A stretch of 64,000 nt of DNA. Source: the human T2T-CHM13v2.0 reference genome, Homo sapiens. The notes beneath the pieces are model-generated. The model made no database searches and had not been told where the DNA came from. It worked only from the letters and a program-made list of their open reading frames with translations. Where the stretch lies: assembly GCF_009914755.1 (NCBI RefSeq), contig NC_060941.1; one strand, given 5' to 3'. The translations under genes and the position numbers were made by a program. Shown here piece by piece: positions 12,811-25,700 of this stretch (the first letter of the stretch is position 1; each line of letters starts with the position of its first letter).

Positions 12811-13659
12811 GGTTCTGCCGGCTACTCCAGGGAAGGGTCAGGGCCAAGGCAGCCTCATCCAGGTTCCTGCAGTGAGCCCTTCCCAGTGATGGACAGGAGC
12901 CCCTCATAAACACCAGTCAGAGGGCTTCTGACCAGCCCCTGAGGACCCCCTCTCTCCTGGGCCGTGTGGCCTTAGGAAAGTCACTTTACCTGTTCCCTGG
13001 GTCTCACTTGTAGAATAGAGCTTTAGCTGCAACCAAGGGGGCATCATGGTCACCAAATCAGGAGTCCCCACTTACAAAACCTGCCCAGAGGAATCCCAGA
13101 GGACCAGTCAGGAACCTCTGCATCCTTAATGCAAATTAAGGGGTGGGCCTCTGAACTCTGCATAACTTCCTTGGTTCTCATCCTGTCCCCGGGGGATTGG
13201 AGGAGGTAGCAGGGTGGTTTGGCCAAGCAAGGCTATGAAAGTCATGGCTGTGAACTGAAGCCTCTGTTAAGGCCTCTGACATACAGGAACTTGGCTGGAG
13301 CTGGAGATGATGTTCTGGAGAATAGGGAACAGGTGCAAGAATGGGGTGAGGCCGACACTGCGGGGATCATTCTGGGCAGGCCAGACCCTCAGGAGGTGGT
13401 GCAGGCCTGAGCTGGAGCTCAGAGAGGCCTCCCCAGGTTCACATCTGCAGGGGAGCAGTGCTGGGGTCTGAGGCCAGGCTGAGTGAAGGCCAGGCAGGCA
13501 AGGAGGGCTAGCAAGGGCAGCTGCCACCTGGGGCTGGGTCTTCAGCCAATCGCCCCAGGACTGCCAGGCCTGAGGCAACGAGAGCATCAGAGAAGCTGTA
13601 GAGCCTGGGGCCAAAGGCCCCTGCAGCCACACTTGGCCAGCAGTGGCCAGATGCATGAC

Positions 13660-13880
13660 ACATGTCCTCGAGCATTTTCCCTGTGCCAGCACCTCGTGCA
13701 CACCATCCTCACGATGACCCTGCGAGGTGGGTCTGTGTGCCCCATTTCTCAGATGCGGAAAGTGAGGCACAGAGAGCTACACAGTTTGCTCAAAGTCACA
13801 CAGCCAGAAAGTGACAAAGCTGGGGCTGGAATTCAGCTGGGCTTGACTCCAAATCCTTGCTCTAAAACACCGTGCTACCC
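13660..13880 (-). mobile_element. MIR
   Basis: CCCATTTCTCAGATGCGGAAAGTGAGGCACAGAGAG...AAGTCACACAGC. Confidence 0.7.
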
Positions 13881-14669
13881 CACCTGCAGGGAGGGGAGTG
13901 GCCACCCTCCCCAGGTTACAAAGCCTGAGATCTGGCGGGGAAGAAGGGCCCTCGGCCTCCCATTTGGAGCTGGAGAATGCCAGCCCCCTGCACCAAGCCC
14001 CCTGCACCACCTCCTGAGAAGGCAGCTCTGGGCCGGGGTGAGGTGTGGCCTCCAGGCAGGCCCGAGCTCTCCAGGAGGAGCTGTCCAGGGAGCAGGAGGC
14101 AGTGATGCGGAGCGGGAGGTGGGCTGCCCCGCACCTCGGGCCCCATGCCTGCTCCGCTGTGGTGTCCCGTTACGGCCAGCTCGGCGCTTCCCTGGTCACG
14201 CCACATTTAGCATTGCCGAGTGAGCAGGCGCCAGGACATCAAGAAGGGGTGGTGGGGACTCTTGAAGGGGCGGGAGAGCCTCCCACCAGGCCCCCACCTA
14301 GACCCCGGCTTCCAGCCCCTCCACCACTGATCCCCTGTGGGATCTTTGGGCAAATCCTATGGGACTTTGGGCAAATTGCCTCCCCTCCTTTTCCCTGTTA
14401 CCCTGTCTGTCAAATGAGGCTTATTGATGGTTTATTCAGCAAAGATGTGCCAACCCCAGCCTGGGTACCACGGGGCCAATGAGGCCACCTCTCCCTCCCA
14501 GAGCTCCGGAAAGAGCATGGCCTGGGCACAGCACAGCTGCCCTGCTCTGGCTTGAGGGGGTCTTGGGTAGAAGGAGTGAGTGTACACCTCATGCTTTTCT
14601 TGATGCCTGGCCTCCCAGCCTAGCCTACCCCAACTTTGACACCCACCCAATGAAGAAACCATAAGCAGA

Positions 14670-14880
14670 GTGCAGAGTCTGCAGTCGGACAGACCAGAGT
14701 TCTTGCCCCTGGGCGACTTGGGCAAGTCACATAACCCCGCTGAGCCTCAGCATCCTCATCTGGAAGGTGGAGTCAATAATGCTCCTTCCTCTCATTGTTC
14801 TAATAGATCAATGAGAAAACCATCCAAATTGTTCACACAGTGGCCAGCCCAGAGCAGACCCTCAGCAAACTGTAGCATTT
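14670..14880 (+). mobile_element. MIR
   Basis: GACTTGGGCAAGTCACATAACC...GAGCCTCAG. Confidence 0.65.
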
Positions 14881-14976
14881 ATCAGAGGCCACTTGGGCAA
14901 AGAGAAGTACATTTAAGAGGAATTGCTCTTGCAGGTGGTAAAGGAAGGCAAAAAGCTGAGGATAGTAAGAGTGAGA

Positions 14977-15573
<597 letters not shown>

Positions 15574-16374
15574 TCACAACATCTGTGTGAGGTGGGGCCT
15601 GTCACTCTCCCAGTTAGATGATGACGCTGAAGTTCAGAGAGCTTTGCTGGCACTGCTTGAGAGGAAGGGCCAACCCCGGCTTTGAGGCCTGAGTCCTCTT
15701 AACCACCCCACTGTGTTAGGGACAGGGTTCCCCTATGATTGCAGAAGGTCTGAGCAGAAAAAGCCCTCCGATATCATGTACCCAAGCCTCTAGGTCTTCA
15801 TGGGGAAACTGAAGATCAGAAAGGGGCAGTGGCCTGCACAAAGTCACAGGTTAGAGTTTGGAGGACACAGGTGGAACAGCACTTGCCAGGCGCTGCAGTG
15901 TGGGTGGTGACATCGTCAGGGCCCGCTGGGCTCACAGGGCCTCCAGGCAACCGGGGGCCTTTGGGTCCCCAGTTACACACTGTGGTCACATCAGCCAGGC
16001 TGACCTGAGGGTCACTGCAGGACCAGCCTCTGCTGAGGGCTGGCTCACCTGCGTGGAGGGGGTTGCTCCCACCCCAAGCATGAGTCTGACCCACGCACCA
16101 GCTCACTCTCCCCTCAGGACCACCGACTTGCCCAGTCACTGAATGGAGACCACCTGCTGTGGTCACCTTGCCAGGCCCTTCTCTGTAGACACAGGAGACC
16201 GATCTTGAGGAGCCAGAGGCAGAGCCCAGCTGGGAGCCGGGGTTTCACTGGTCAGTCGGTCAGTCTCTGCAGCTGCAGCCTGAGATCAGCCAAGCCCCTC
16301 CTGAGGCTCCTACCTGGCTCACTTTGCCCTTTCTCCACAGGGGTCTGATCTCTCTGCTCTGCTTTTCCAAACTA

Positions 16375-16400
16375 TTTCTCTTTCTCTCTCTCGCTCTCTG

Positions 16401-16448
<48 letters not shown>
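16375..16448. repeat. (CT)n microsatellite ~140 nt upstream of the FOXN1 ATG
   Basis: Visible. Confidence 0.95.
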
Positions 16449-16452
<4 letters not shown>

Positions 16453-16585
16453 GATGGCTGACTGGAGGCAGGGTCCCAGCCCAAGGATGGGGTTGGGGTG
16501 GAGGTGGCGAACCTGGGTTGGTCCCCCCTGGATGCTGGTCCTCACTCTCATGGCAGACGGCTTTCTTTGAGGCCAGGACTGGGTG

Positions 16586-16708
16586 ATGGTGTCGCTACCC
16601 CCGCCGCAGTCTGACGTCACGCTGCCGGGCCCCACCAGACTGGAGGGCGAGCGCCAAGGGGACCTCATGCAGGCACCGGGCCTCCCAGGCTCCCCTGCCC
16701 CACAGAGT
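16586..16708 (+). CDS. FOXN1: FOXN1 coding exon 1 (gene exon 2)
   Basis: ATG 16586, MVSLPPPQ...PAPQS, donor GTAAGT at 16709. Confidence 0.96.
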
Positions 16709-19700
16709 GTAAGTACCCGGCATCTGGGCCTGGGTTTAGGCCAAGGCCTGCGGCTGCCCAGGCAACAAGAAGACCAGTCACCTTACCGCCCCCAGGGACC
16801 TCCCAGGGCCTGTCTTGTCCCCTCCACCAGCAAACAAGTCCTCAGGGACCCCGAGATCCAGAGGGGTCACTCCTCATCCCTTCAGTCTGAGCCTGTCCCA
16901 GGGCTGTGAGCCCCATCAGATTTGGGGTACCCCAGGTTTCATGGCAGGGTGCCCTCATGAAATCGGGGCTTCCAAGGGTAGGCTATTTCTTCTCCACCAT
17001 TTAGGGTCTTCCCAGAGCTCAGCCATAGACCCCCTTTACCCCAGAACAGAGTAGGGTCCCAGCCAGTCCCCAGGCCTGGTTCAGCCTCCACTCACAGGCT
17101 CACTACTCTCTGTCTACCCAGAAGCATGCCGGCTTCAGCTGCTCGTCATTTGTGTCCGACGGCCCTCCAGAGAGGACACCCTCACTGCCCCCACACAGCC
17201 CCCGCATTGCGTCACCAGGGCCCGAGCAAGTCCAGGGCCACTGCCCAGCCGGCCCCGGCCCTGGGCCCTTCAGGCTCTCACCCTCAGACAAGTATCCTGG
17301 CTTTGGCTTTGAGGAGGCCGCAGCAAGCAGCCCTGGGCGATTCCTCAAGGGCAGCCACGCGCCCTTCCACCCGTACAAGCGGCCTTTCCATGAGGACGTC
17401 TTCCCAGAGGCCGAGACCACCCTGGCCCTCAAAGGACACTCCTTTAAGACCCCAGGGCCGCTGGAGGCCTTCGAGGAGATCCCAGTGGACGTGGCGGAGG
17501 CCGAGGCCTTCCTGCCTGGCTTCTCAGCAGAGGCCTGGTGTAACGGGCTCCCCTACCCCAGCCAGGAGCATGGCCCCCAAGTCCTGGTGAGTACTAGTGG
17601 CCAGCGAGTGTCCCATCTTCCCACTGTCCCAGTTCCTAGCAGCCTAGAAAGAGTCAGACCTCTGAGACCAAAGTCCCACCTTCTCTTTGCAGACCTTGCC
17701 ACTCAAGACCAGAGAGTTGGGGCCTCCTGGTCAGCTGGGGAGGGGTGTTGGCCTGGCCAGCATGGAGGGGGGCAAGTGGGGGAGGTAGGCCAGGCTAAAG
17801 AAGCTGGCAGCTTCCCAGAGGCTCCTGAGTCAGGATTCCAGTGTGTGACTTCTCACTGTTTGTTTAAATGTCCAGAAACTCCAGCCAGACCTACACACCC
17901 ATATGCAAATGTGACAAGAAAAACACATTCCAGAGGCCAAGGGAAAGGGTTTGGGGAGGAGCCATAGTACACAGTTTTTCCCTCCCCAGCCTTAGCATAC
18001 AGAGTTGAGAGAGGACTTTAAGTGTGGAGGGACCCTTCCTGGCCCCATTCTTTGCCCAGAGTGGGGCCTGGGTGTATTCCTGGAAATACCTTGGAAGGTT
18101 AACATGTCCTTCCATAGCCTGACCTCCATAAGCGGCGTGACCCTGGACAAGTCTTAACGTCTCTGAGCCTCATCTGAAAAGTAAGGTCAACATTACCTGT
18201 CTCATGGGATTGTTGCTTAGGGAAGATAAAAGCTAAAGGGAATTTGCTCCCTGCTCCCCCGCTCTGGTTTGGAGGTCCCTGAGGCGGTGACTGAGTGGGC
18301 GTAGCCTCAGCAGTGCCTACTCCACATGCCCACCAGCCCCCCTCACCTCTTGCTTTCAAACAGGCCCCCATTCCAGCCCCAAGCCACCCCAACAAAGGCT
18401 TAGAAGGAAGATGGAGAAGGCGGTTGGGTCCTACCAGGTGTGGCCAAAACAGGACTTTATTCTGGCCCTTTGACCACTTCTTCTCAGGCCCCTTAAACAT
18501 GACCACAGCCTACAGATAGGGCACCATCATCTCAGCTACTGCCCCCAAACCTCCACTCAATAACAGCTGCCAATCATTCTGCCAGGTGCTTTCTTTCAAG
18601 TGCCCCCATTTAATCCCCTCAACAACACTCTAGAGAGTTCCCACCATACCCGTGTTGCAGATGAGGAAACTGAGGCTCATAGAGGCCAAGTGACTTGCCC
18701 AGGGTGTCTCCTAACCTGCAAATGGTGAGGCTGAGATTGAGTTCACACCCTTGCCCTCCCACACATGGAGAAGAGCTCCAGAGACACACAGGTATCTGGT
18801 CGACTTGCTGGGTGACCTTGGGCATATTGCTTCCCCTCTTTGGGCTCAGCCCCATCATCTGTCAAATGAAGGGGTTGGACACAAGTGCTCTTGGCCCTTC
18901 TAGGCCCGAGATTCTATGATTATGGCAATCTCTGCATCAACAACCCCAGGGCACACCCAGAGAGAGGTCACAGCTGATTTGCCCCTCTGGGCCCAGATGC
19001 TGGTTTCCCAAGGCCCCTGGTAACCCCAGGAAGTGCAATCCGCCTCCTCCAGGGCTTGTCCACCTTCTGGGGCCTAGCTGCACACCCTCCTGTCCGTACT
19101 CACCGGAGAGCTCTGCACTAGGCCCTGGGACTCTGTGCCGGCCTCTCACACATGGGAAGGCGGAGTCTGGCCATCATGGCTAGCAGCAGCTGCAGGCTCC
19201 CCATGCCCAGTGTGAGAGCATCCACAGGACTCACGCAGGCCAGCAACTGTGCAGACTCCCTGGAGCAGGGAGCAAAAGCTCTGCATCAGGGATGGCCAGG
19301 AGTCAGAGCGGAGAGGAGTTACTAGCCCCATTCAGAGATCCTGCTGGAGCTTCCTGGGGCTGTACAGAGGAGGAAACAGAAGGGACCCAGGCCCACAGCT
19401 GGACCAGCCTGTCTGGCCACTACCCATGCTCCCCTCACCATGGATCCTCAGGGAGAGTTCTGGAGCTGTGACCTTTTCCTGGTGTCCTTTGCACACCTAC
19501 TCAGAGGGTCTGAGACCTCTGAGTCAGGCGTGTCGAGTGAGGTCAGCACCGTGCCTTTGTGCTATTCCAGAAGATCCCTGTCCCTACCCCAGCACAAGTC
19601 TCCCTGACTTCTCAGGACAGCCCAGCCTCAGCCTCTCCCCTGCCGTGAGGGGAGGCGTAGGGACTGCTGTCAGTTCCAGCCCCGGCTCTACCACTAAATT

Positions 19701-22700
19701 GCTGAGTTCCCTTGGGAAAATCTCTGCCCTTCTCTGTTCTCTGTTGTTCTCCAGGAATAAGCTTTGGGGGAAGCAGAATAGGGGTTGCTTTTATGTAAGG
19801 TTCAAGACACAGGAAAGAGGAAGGGAGAAAATAAGGCCTAATCTAGTCATCTGCTTTCTCTTCCAGCAGGGTTCAGAGGTCAAAGTCAAGCCCCCAGTTC
19901 TGGAGAGTGGTGCTGGGATGTTCTGCTACCAGCCTCCCTTGCAGCATATGTACTGCTCCTCCCAGCCCCCCTTCCACCAGGTGGGTCTGGGGCAAGTGGG
20001 CCTGCTTCCCCCAGGTCTGAGGATATCGTGTGTGTGTATGTGGTGTGTGGGTGTCTATGTGATGGCATGTGTTCACCAGGATAGGCAGATAAGGACAGCA
20101 GGGCCCTGAACCTTAGGCTTGGCCACAGCAGGTGGCGGGAATAGTTAATGGGAAGAGAAGCAATTGCCCTCCTCCAGGGGTGGGCTTGTCTGAGTCCCTG
20201 GCAAGGCCTGAGAGGCCTCAGATAAGAGTGTGGGGCTGAGATGGAGGCAGGGCTGTGATGTGAGCCAGAAATGGGGGAAGGAGGAGAGCTGCCCCAGACA
20301 GAGAGAGGGGCAAAGAGGAGTGTGGTGTGAAACACAGGCCGAGCAGGTCGAGGAACAAGGGCTTCTGTATAGTCAGCCACCATCTTGCTATGTGACCTTG
20401 GCCTCCAACTTCTATTAGCCTAGAAAGGGTGGGCACCCAGTGTGGGCTTAGGGGACCTTCCCACCCAGAGGACTCCAAGTCCCCATCATCTTCAGCCCTT
20501 TCCTCCTTTCCCAGCTTCAGCTCCTCCCAAGTGTATAGGATGCCAAGTAATTGCCCCACACTGGCATGGGATGGAGGAGTTTTAAAGGAGAAAGAAAAGA
20601 GCCCCAGAGCAGCCAGGCAGCTCCCAGGAGTCACCAGGCAAGACAGAGCAAGTGGCTGCCCAGCGCCCAGCTCCATCCACCTGCAGCCTGGCACTGAGAC
20701 AGGCCCTGCCTGTGGAGCAGGTTCTGCACCCGGCTCTCTGGCACTGGCCCTGATCTCAGCCAAGCCAGGGAGGAAGGCAAGGGAGAGGGGCTGGGTCAGA
20801 CTGCTGGCTTTGCAGGGAAAAGAAAGAGATAGAGGGAAGCAAAGAGAAGGCATGAGAGGACATCCTCTCTGCCATGAGGGGCCTGGGTGGAATGACCGAA
20901 GCTATCCTGAGGCTCATGGTCTGACCCAGGGTAGAGGATGTCCCTGAGGCAGGGACAGAGATTGAGCCACAGAAGGACTAAGGGGCCACCAGACCTTAAA
21001 TGACCTCACCATGCCTGGCCCTGCTTTGATGGCCTCTGCAGTCTGCACCCCCTCTCAAGATGGCCACACCCAGGGCTTTATGGAGCCTGGACCGAGGGTG
21101 ACTCAGGCACTAAATGTCTCTTGGGTAACCTGGAAAGAGCTCTTCAGCCTGGAGCAGCTGGGGGAGTCAGAGTCTCCTACCCCCATCCCCCATAAAACAC
21201 CATCCGTGGCACCGCAGCCACTCCCTTTGCCGTAAAACCACCTCCTACCCCGACCTGTCCACCACCATGACTGGCCCTTTCAAAGAGCCACTGAAACTCA
21301 TAAAAGGTGGCAGTGCCCAGCAAACGCCCAGGCTGGACATCCTGCTTCCGGCCCAGCTGCTCTGGGAGATGCACAGGCACTGGGAGCACCTTCCTGGAAG
21401 GGTGCAGGGGCCGAGGGCTTCACTTCATACTCTCCCTGCAGGGTCCCGTCACCATAGCAACCAGAGCATCAAAAGGGCTGAGAGGAAGGAGCTGGAGGAA
21501 GAGGGTTTTAAGGCCTCTGAGATCCTGAATTACAGGGTGTGGATCTCCTCACAGCCCCTCAGACAGCTCTGCTTTGGGGGTGATGGGGCCCATGACCCAG
21601 GAGGGAAGAATCTGGCCTGAGCCCCTTCTCTGGATGTATATAAATGGGGAGGAGGGCCCTCCTGGGAAAGGCTGGGTACCATGCAATCACTCTGCCCCTT
21701 TTGACCTCCTCAGTACTCGCCAGGTGGTGGCAGCTACCCCATACCCTACCTGGGCTCCTCACACTATCAGTACCAGCGAATGGCACCCCAGGCCAGCACC
21801 GATGGGCACCAGCCTCTCTTCCCAAAACCCATCTATTCCTACAGGTACATTTCCCACTCTCCAGGGATGGGAGGAGGAGGGGAGTGAGAGGGCCCCTGGG
21901 AACACTGAGGCATGGAATCCTCTGGGTCTACCAGTAATGGCAGCAGGTGGAAATCATACCAGTGGGCTTCCAGAAGATGCTGGAGAGAGGGTTCCTGCAT
22001 GAAGGCAGGGGCATAGACTGGATCAGCTCTGACCCTTTGTCTAAGCCTGGGGAGTCATGTCTGTGACTTGACTCAGCAGATGCTGGTGCCATGTGATGAG
22101 CCTGCCAAGGTCTCACCTCCTAGGGCCCAGGGCCTGGATCTGAGAATTTAAGGGGGATGCTTGCTGCCTTCCCTGTGCCTCCCCGGAAACAGACGGAAGC
22201 CCCCCTCAAAGCTCTACTGGAAGGAAATGGGGGATGAGGCCTGCAGATGTGACTCGGCTATCCACCATCTGCCAGATCTGGTGGGACTTCTCTGGGGCTG
22301 GGTTCTTAAGTGTCAGCAGACCCAGCCTGTCTGGGAGACCCTTCCATCTGTCCTTTCATTCATCCAACCAACAGTGACACTTGGCCAAATATGTGTCAGG
22401 CCCTACATGGGATCGGGTCATCAGCTAGTGTGAGCTGAGGGGAAGGGAGAGGAACTTAAGCATCAGCCAGGAGTGCAGAGAAGGGCTTTGTGAAAGGCAG
22501 GATCATTCACTGAAAGACATACACGCAGCTCTTGGAGTCCAGCAGAAATGAGTTCAAGACCAGCTGTGGAACTGACCAGCATGAAACCTCAGGGAAGTTA
22601 CTTAATCTCTCTGAGCCTCTATTTATTCCTCTTTAAAAAAAAAAAAAAATGTCAGGGGTTGGGGGCAAGGGGAGGGACAACGTTAGGAGAAATATCTAAT

Positions 22701-25700
22701 GTAGATGACGGGTTGACGGGTGTAGCAAACCACCATAGCACGGGTATACCTATGTAACAAACCTGCACGTACTGTACATGTATCCCAGAACTTAAAGTAT
22801 AATAAAAAAAATAAAAATATAAGACTTTTAAGATTCAAAAGAAAAAAATGTCAGGGTTTGGGGTAGCAGTTCAGGCTGTTGGAAGGATTAAGTAAGAGAA
22901 TGTAGGTACTGTGCTTGGTACATTGCATAGGCTCAAGAAACCTTAGTTCCCTCCCTACTCTCCAACATTCATGCAATTGGCTGAGGACTAACTAGTAATG
23001 ACAGCTTCCGTTTAATGAGTGCCTTCTATGTGACAGGCACCATCCTTAATCCTCACAACTCTGAGGTAGCTATTACTTTCTTCACTTCAAAGTTGAGGAA
23101 ACTGAGGTTCAGAGAGGGTAAGGCATTCACCCAAGGTCACACAGCCAGAGAGTAACTAGGCCAGGATGGCCACCCAGGTTTCTCAGATTCCACAAGACCC
23201 TCGCACGTCTGTAATTCCTGACTTCCGTGCTCACTTCAATGGACACCTTCTCATTCCCTTCTCTTTCACCTCCAATCCCATAGAGCCTCTCACCAGGGGT
23301 GGGGGGCTTGGGGTGGGCTCAGGACCCAGTCAGAGGTTCGGACTCTCAGGGGCTTTCTCTTTCTTCAGCATCCTCATCTTCATGGCCCTTAAGAACAGTA
23401 AAACTGGGAGCCTTCCCGTCAGCGAGATCTACAATTTTATGACGGAGCACTTTCCTTACTTCAAGGTGAGCCCAAGATTCCTCCCCATCCCATCACCCCC
23501 AAGTCCTGGACAGGCCAGGCCTCTCTGAGCAGAGGCTTCTGTCTGGAGGTGGGAGAAGAATTAGAACGAAAGCCAGGAGAGGGCTTACCCCCACCATGCT
23601 TTCCGTTGTCTCCACCTCAGAAGGACAGAGTTCCTACAAAAGGTGCTCCAAGTGGGGAACAGAGAGCCCAAGTGGCTCATCCAAGGTTGCACAGCAGACT
23701 GGAGTCAGACCTTCTGCTGGGGAAGGTGGGCAAGGTAGCACCGATGGGCCTCAGGGAGCATCCACCTACCCCAAGTGGGAAGAGAAAGTTGGAGAAGAAA
23801 TAAGACACTATTGCTACCCCGACCGCTGGGATGCTGTGGGGCTGGAGAAGCTAGTCAGCCACGGTGACTGGGAGGTCGGGGCTGAAGAAGCCATTGCCTT
23901 CCAAGGTGAGATTAGGATCTATCTCTGTGGGTGGCAGGCTCAGCTGCAGTTCTGCCAGAAAGCGGGGTGTGGGCTTCCCAGTCTTTGAGTGTCCCAGGCT
24001 GGCTCACCTGACTCTCCCCCAACCCCTTGGGCAGAATCTCATTTCTATCATTCACAGAAGGCGCTTCTGGGAGCCTTACCCAGCTCCCTCTCTAGAGGCA
24101 GGACAGGGGCTCTTCTCCCAAGGTGGACAAACACATCAGACAGGGTGGTCCATTCCCCTAAGGTCGCACAGTAGATGGGATCAGTTACTGGATCAAGCTA
24201 TTTGGCTTTGCACACCCCTCTCTGCGTGCCACCTAGACCCTCCAGCACAGACCCCCTTCTCCTGGGATGGGTATCAGGGAGACCAGAGATTGTGTGTGAG
24301 GAGTGCCTTCTCCAAGCCCTAGTAGACACAAATCTCATCTGTCACCCAGGCAGTGGGCAGTTGCTGAGACCCGGGTAATCCAGAACTCAGCTCCACCTGC
24401 CAGGGGGTGATTCCTGCCCCCACCATCTATGGTCCTGCCTGGGGATAATTTGACGCTTGATGTTCAAATAAGTTTATCCTGCTGGGCTGCCATCAGATGA
24501 GGAGTGGGCAAGTTGGCCGGAGTGGTCTGTCCAGGAGTGGAAAAGTGTGTTGATCCACCAGAGGTTCTGGAAGGGAAAGAGGGAGGGAGGTGAGTCGTCC
24601 CTGGAATTCAAGAAGCATCAAAGCCTGAATTCAGGGCTGCCCTCCATACCCCAGCAGGTCAGGGGCTGAACTCTCCCTAACCCCTAAAGCTTTTGGAGGG
24701 TCTTCTAGGGTTTCAAGGGGCCAGGGCAGAGAGAGGGAAAAGCCCAGTCCTCTCAGCCTTCCTTCCCCACCAGCTCCCGGCCTGGCCCCCACCCCTCCCC
24801 GCATCTCATCTTCCTGGCTTAATTATTTTTCCTGGGAGCCATGTAATCCCTGTTTTATGGGGCTGAGGAGTGAAGAGGTCTAACAGCTTTTTGTTCCCTT
24901 TGGTTCTAGTTGTTGCTTTTAGCCACTTGCATCACTCCCTCACTCCTGAGTTTACATTTGATCTCAGAGAGAAAGCATCTGTGAGGATGGGATGGGCCCC
25001 AGATTGTGAGGCAGGCCCTATGGGGTGACCTGGGCAGGGCCCTTAGCTGGGGGACAGAGTTGGAGGCTAAGCTCTGTCACTGCCTCCTTGTGTGATCCAG
25101 GGCTAGGCCCTTTCTTCTCTGAACCTCAGTTTCCCAGTCTGTAAAGTGGGTCAGATCCGTTGGCACATAGATTCCTTCTGACTCTGACAGTTCCCCTGTG
25201 ACCCACCTAAGGAAATTCCTTAGTTCAAAGATCCCCCACCTCTTTCCATCTCTCACTTCCCTTTTGAAGATCATTTTTCTGGGCAAGGATAGACTGGACC
25301 CTGGAGTGGCCAGCACTCATGCCCAAGGCAGCTGCTGTGGGCATCCCATAGCCCCATGAGTCAGGGATGTGGGGCTGGGGAAGTGTCCAGCCACTGGACA
25401 TAATTGTTAGTGCTGACCATCCCTCTTCCAAACAGGAAGTGGCTGGGGTGGGGGCTGCCCTGGCATCCCAAAGTCACAGATTCATGGGGCCATAAAAGGC
25501 CCCAGCGCCCATTAACTCCGCCCATGGGGCAACGTGGCCTTAACTCCTAGTGGAGACTGTGGTGGGAGTCGAAGGTGAATCCCTAGTTGGCTGGTCTGGT
25601 GGCTCAAGAATCCTCCCTGGTGACCCTGGGAGCCTTAGGGGTCATCTCAACCAGCAACCTGCCCCAGGCCAGCTGCCCCCAAGAAAGGCTGCACCAGGTC

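Noticed and set aside
13483-14223. 246-aa ORF upstream of FOXN1
   Set aside because: Non-ATG start, runs through a MIR, no recognisable domain.
19249-20109. 286-aa ORF and other ORFs extending FOXN1 exons
   Set aside because: Only the GT-AG-bounded parts match FOXN1; the flanks are chance open intronic sequence.
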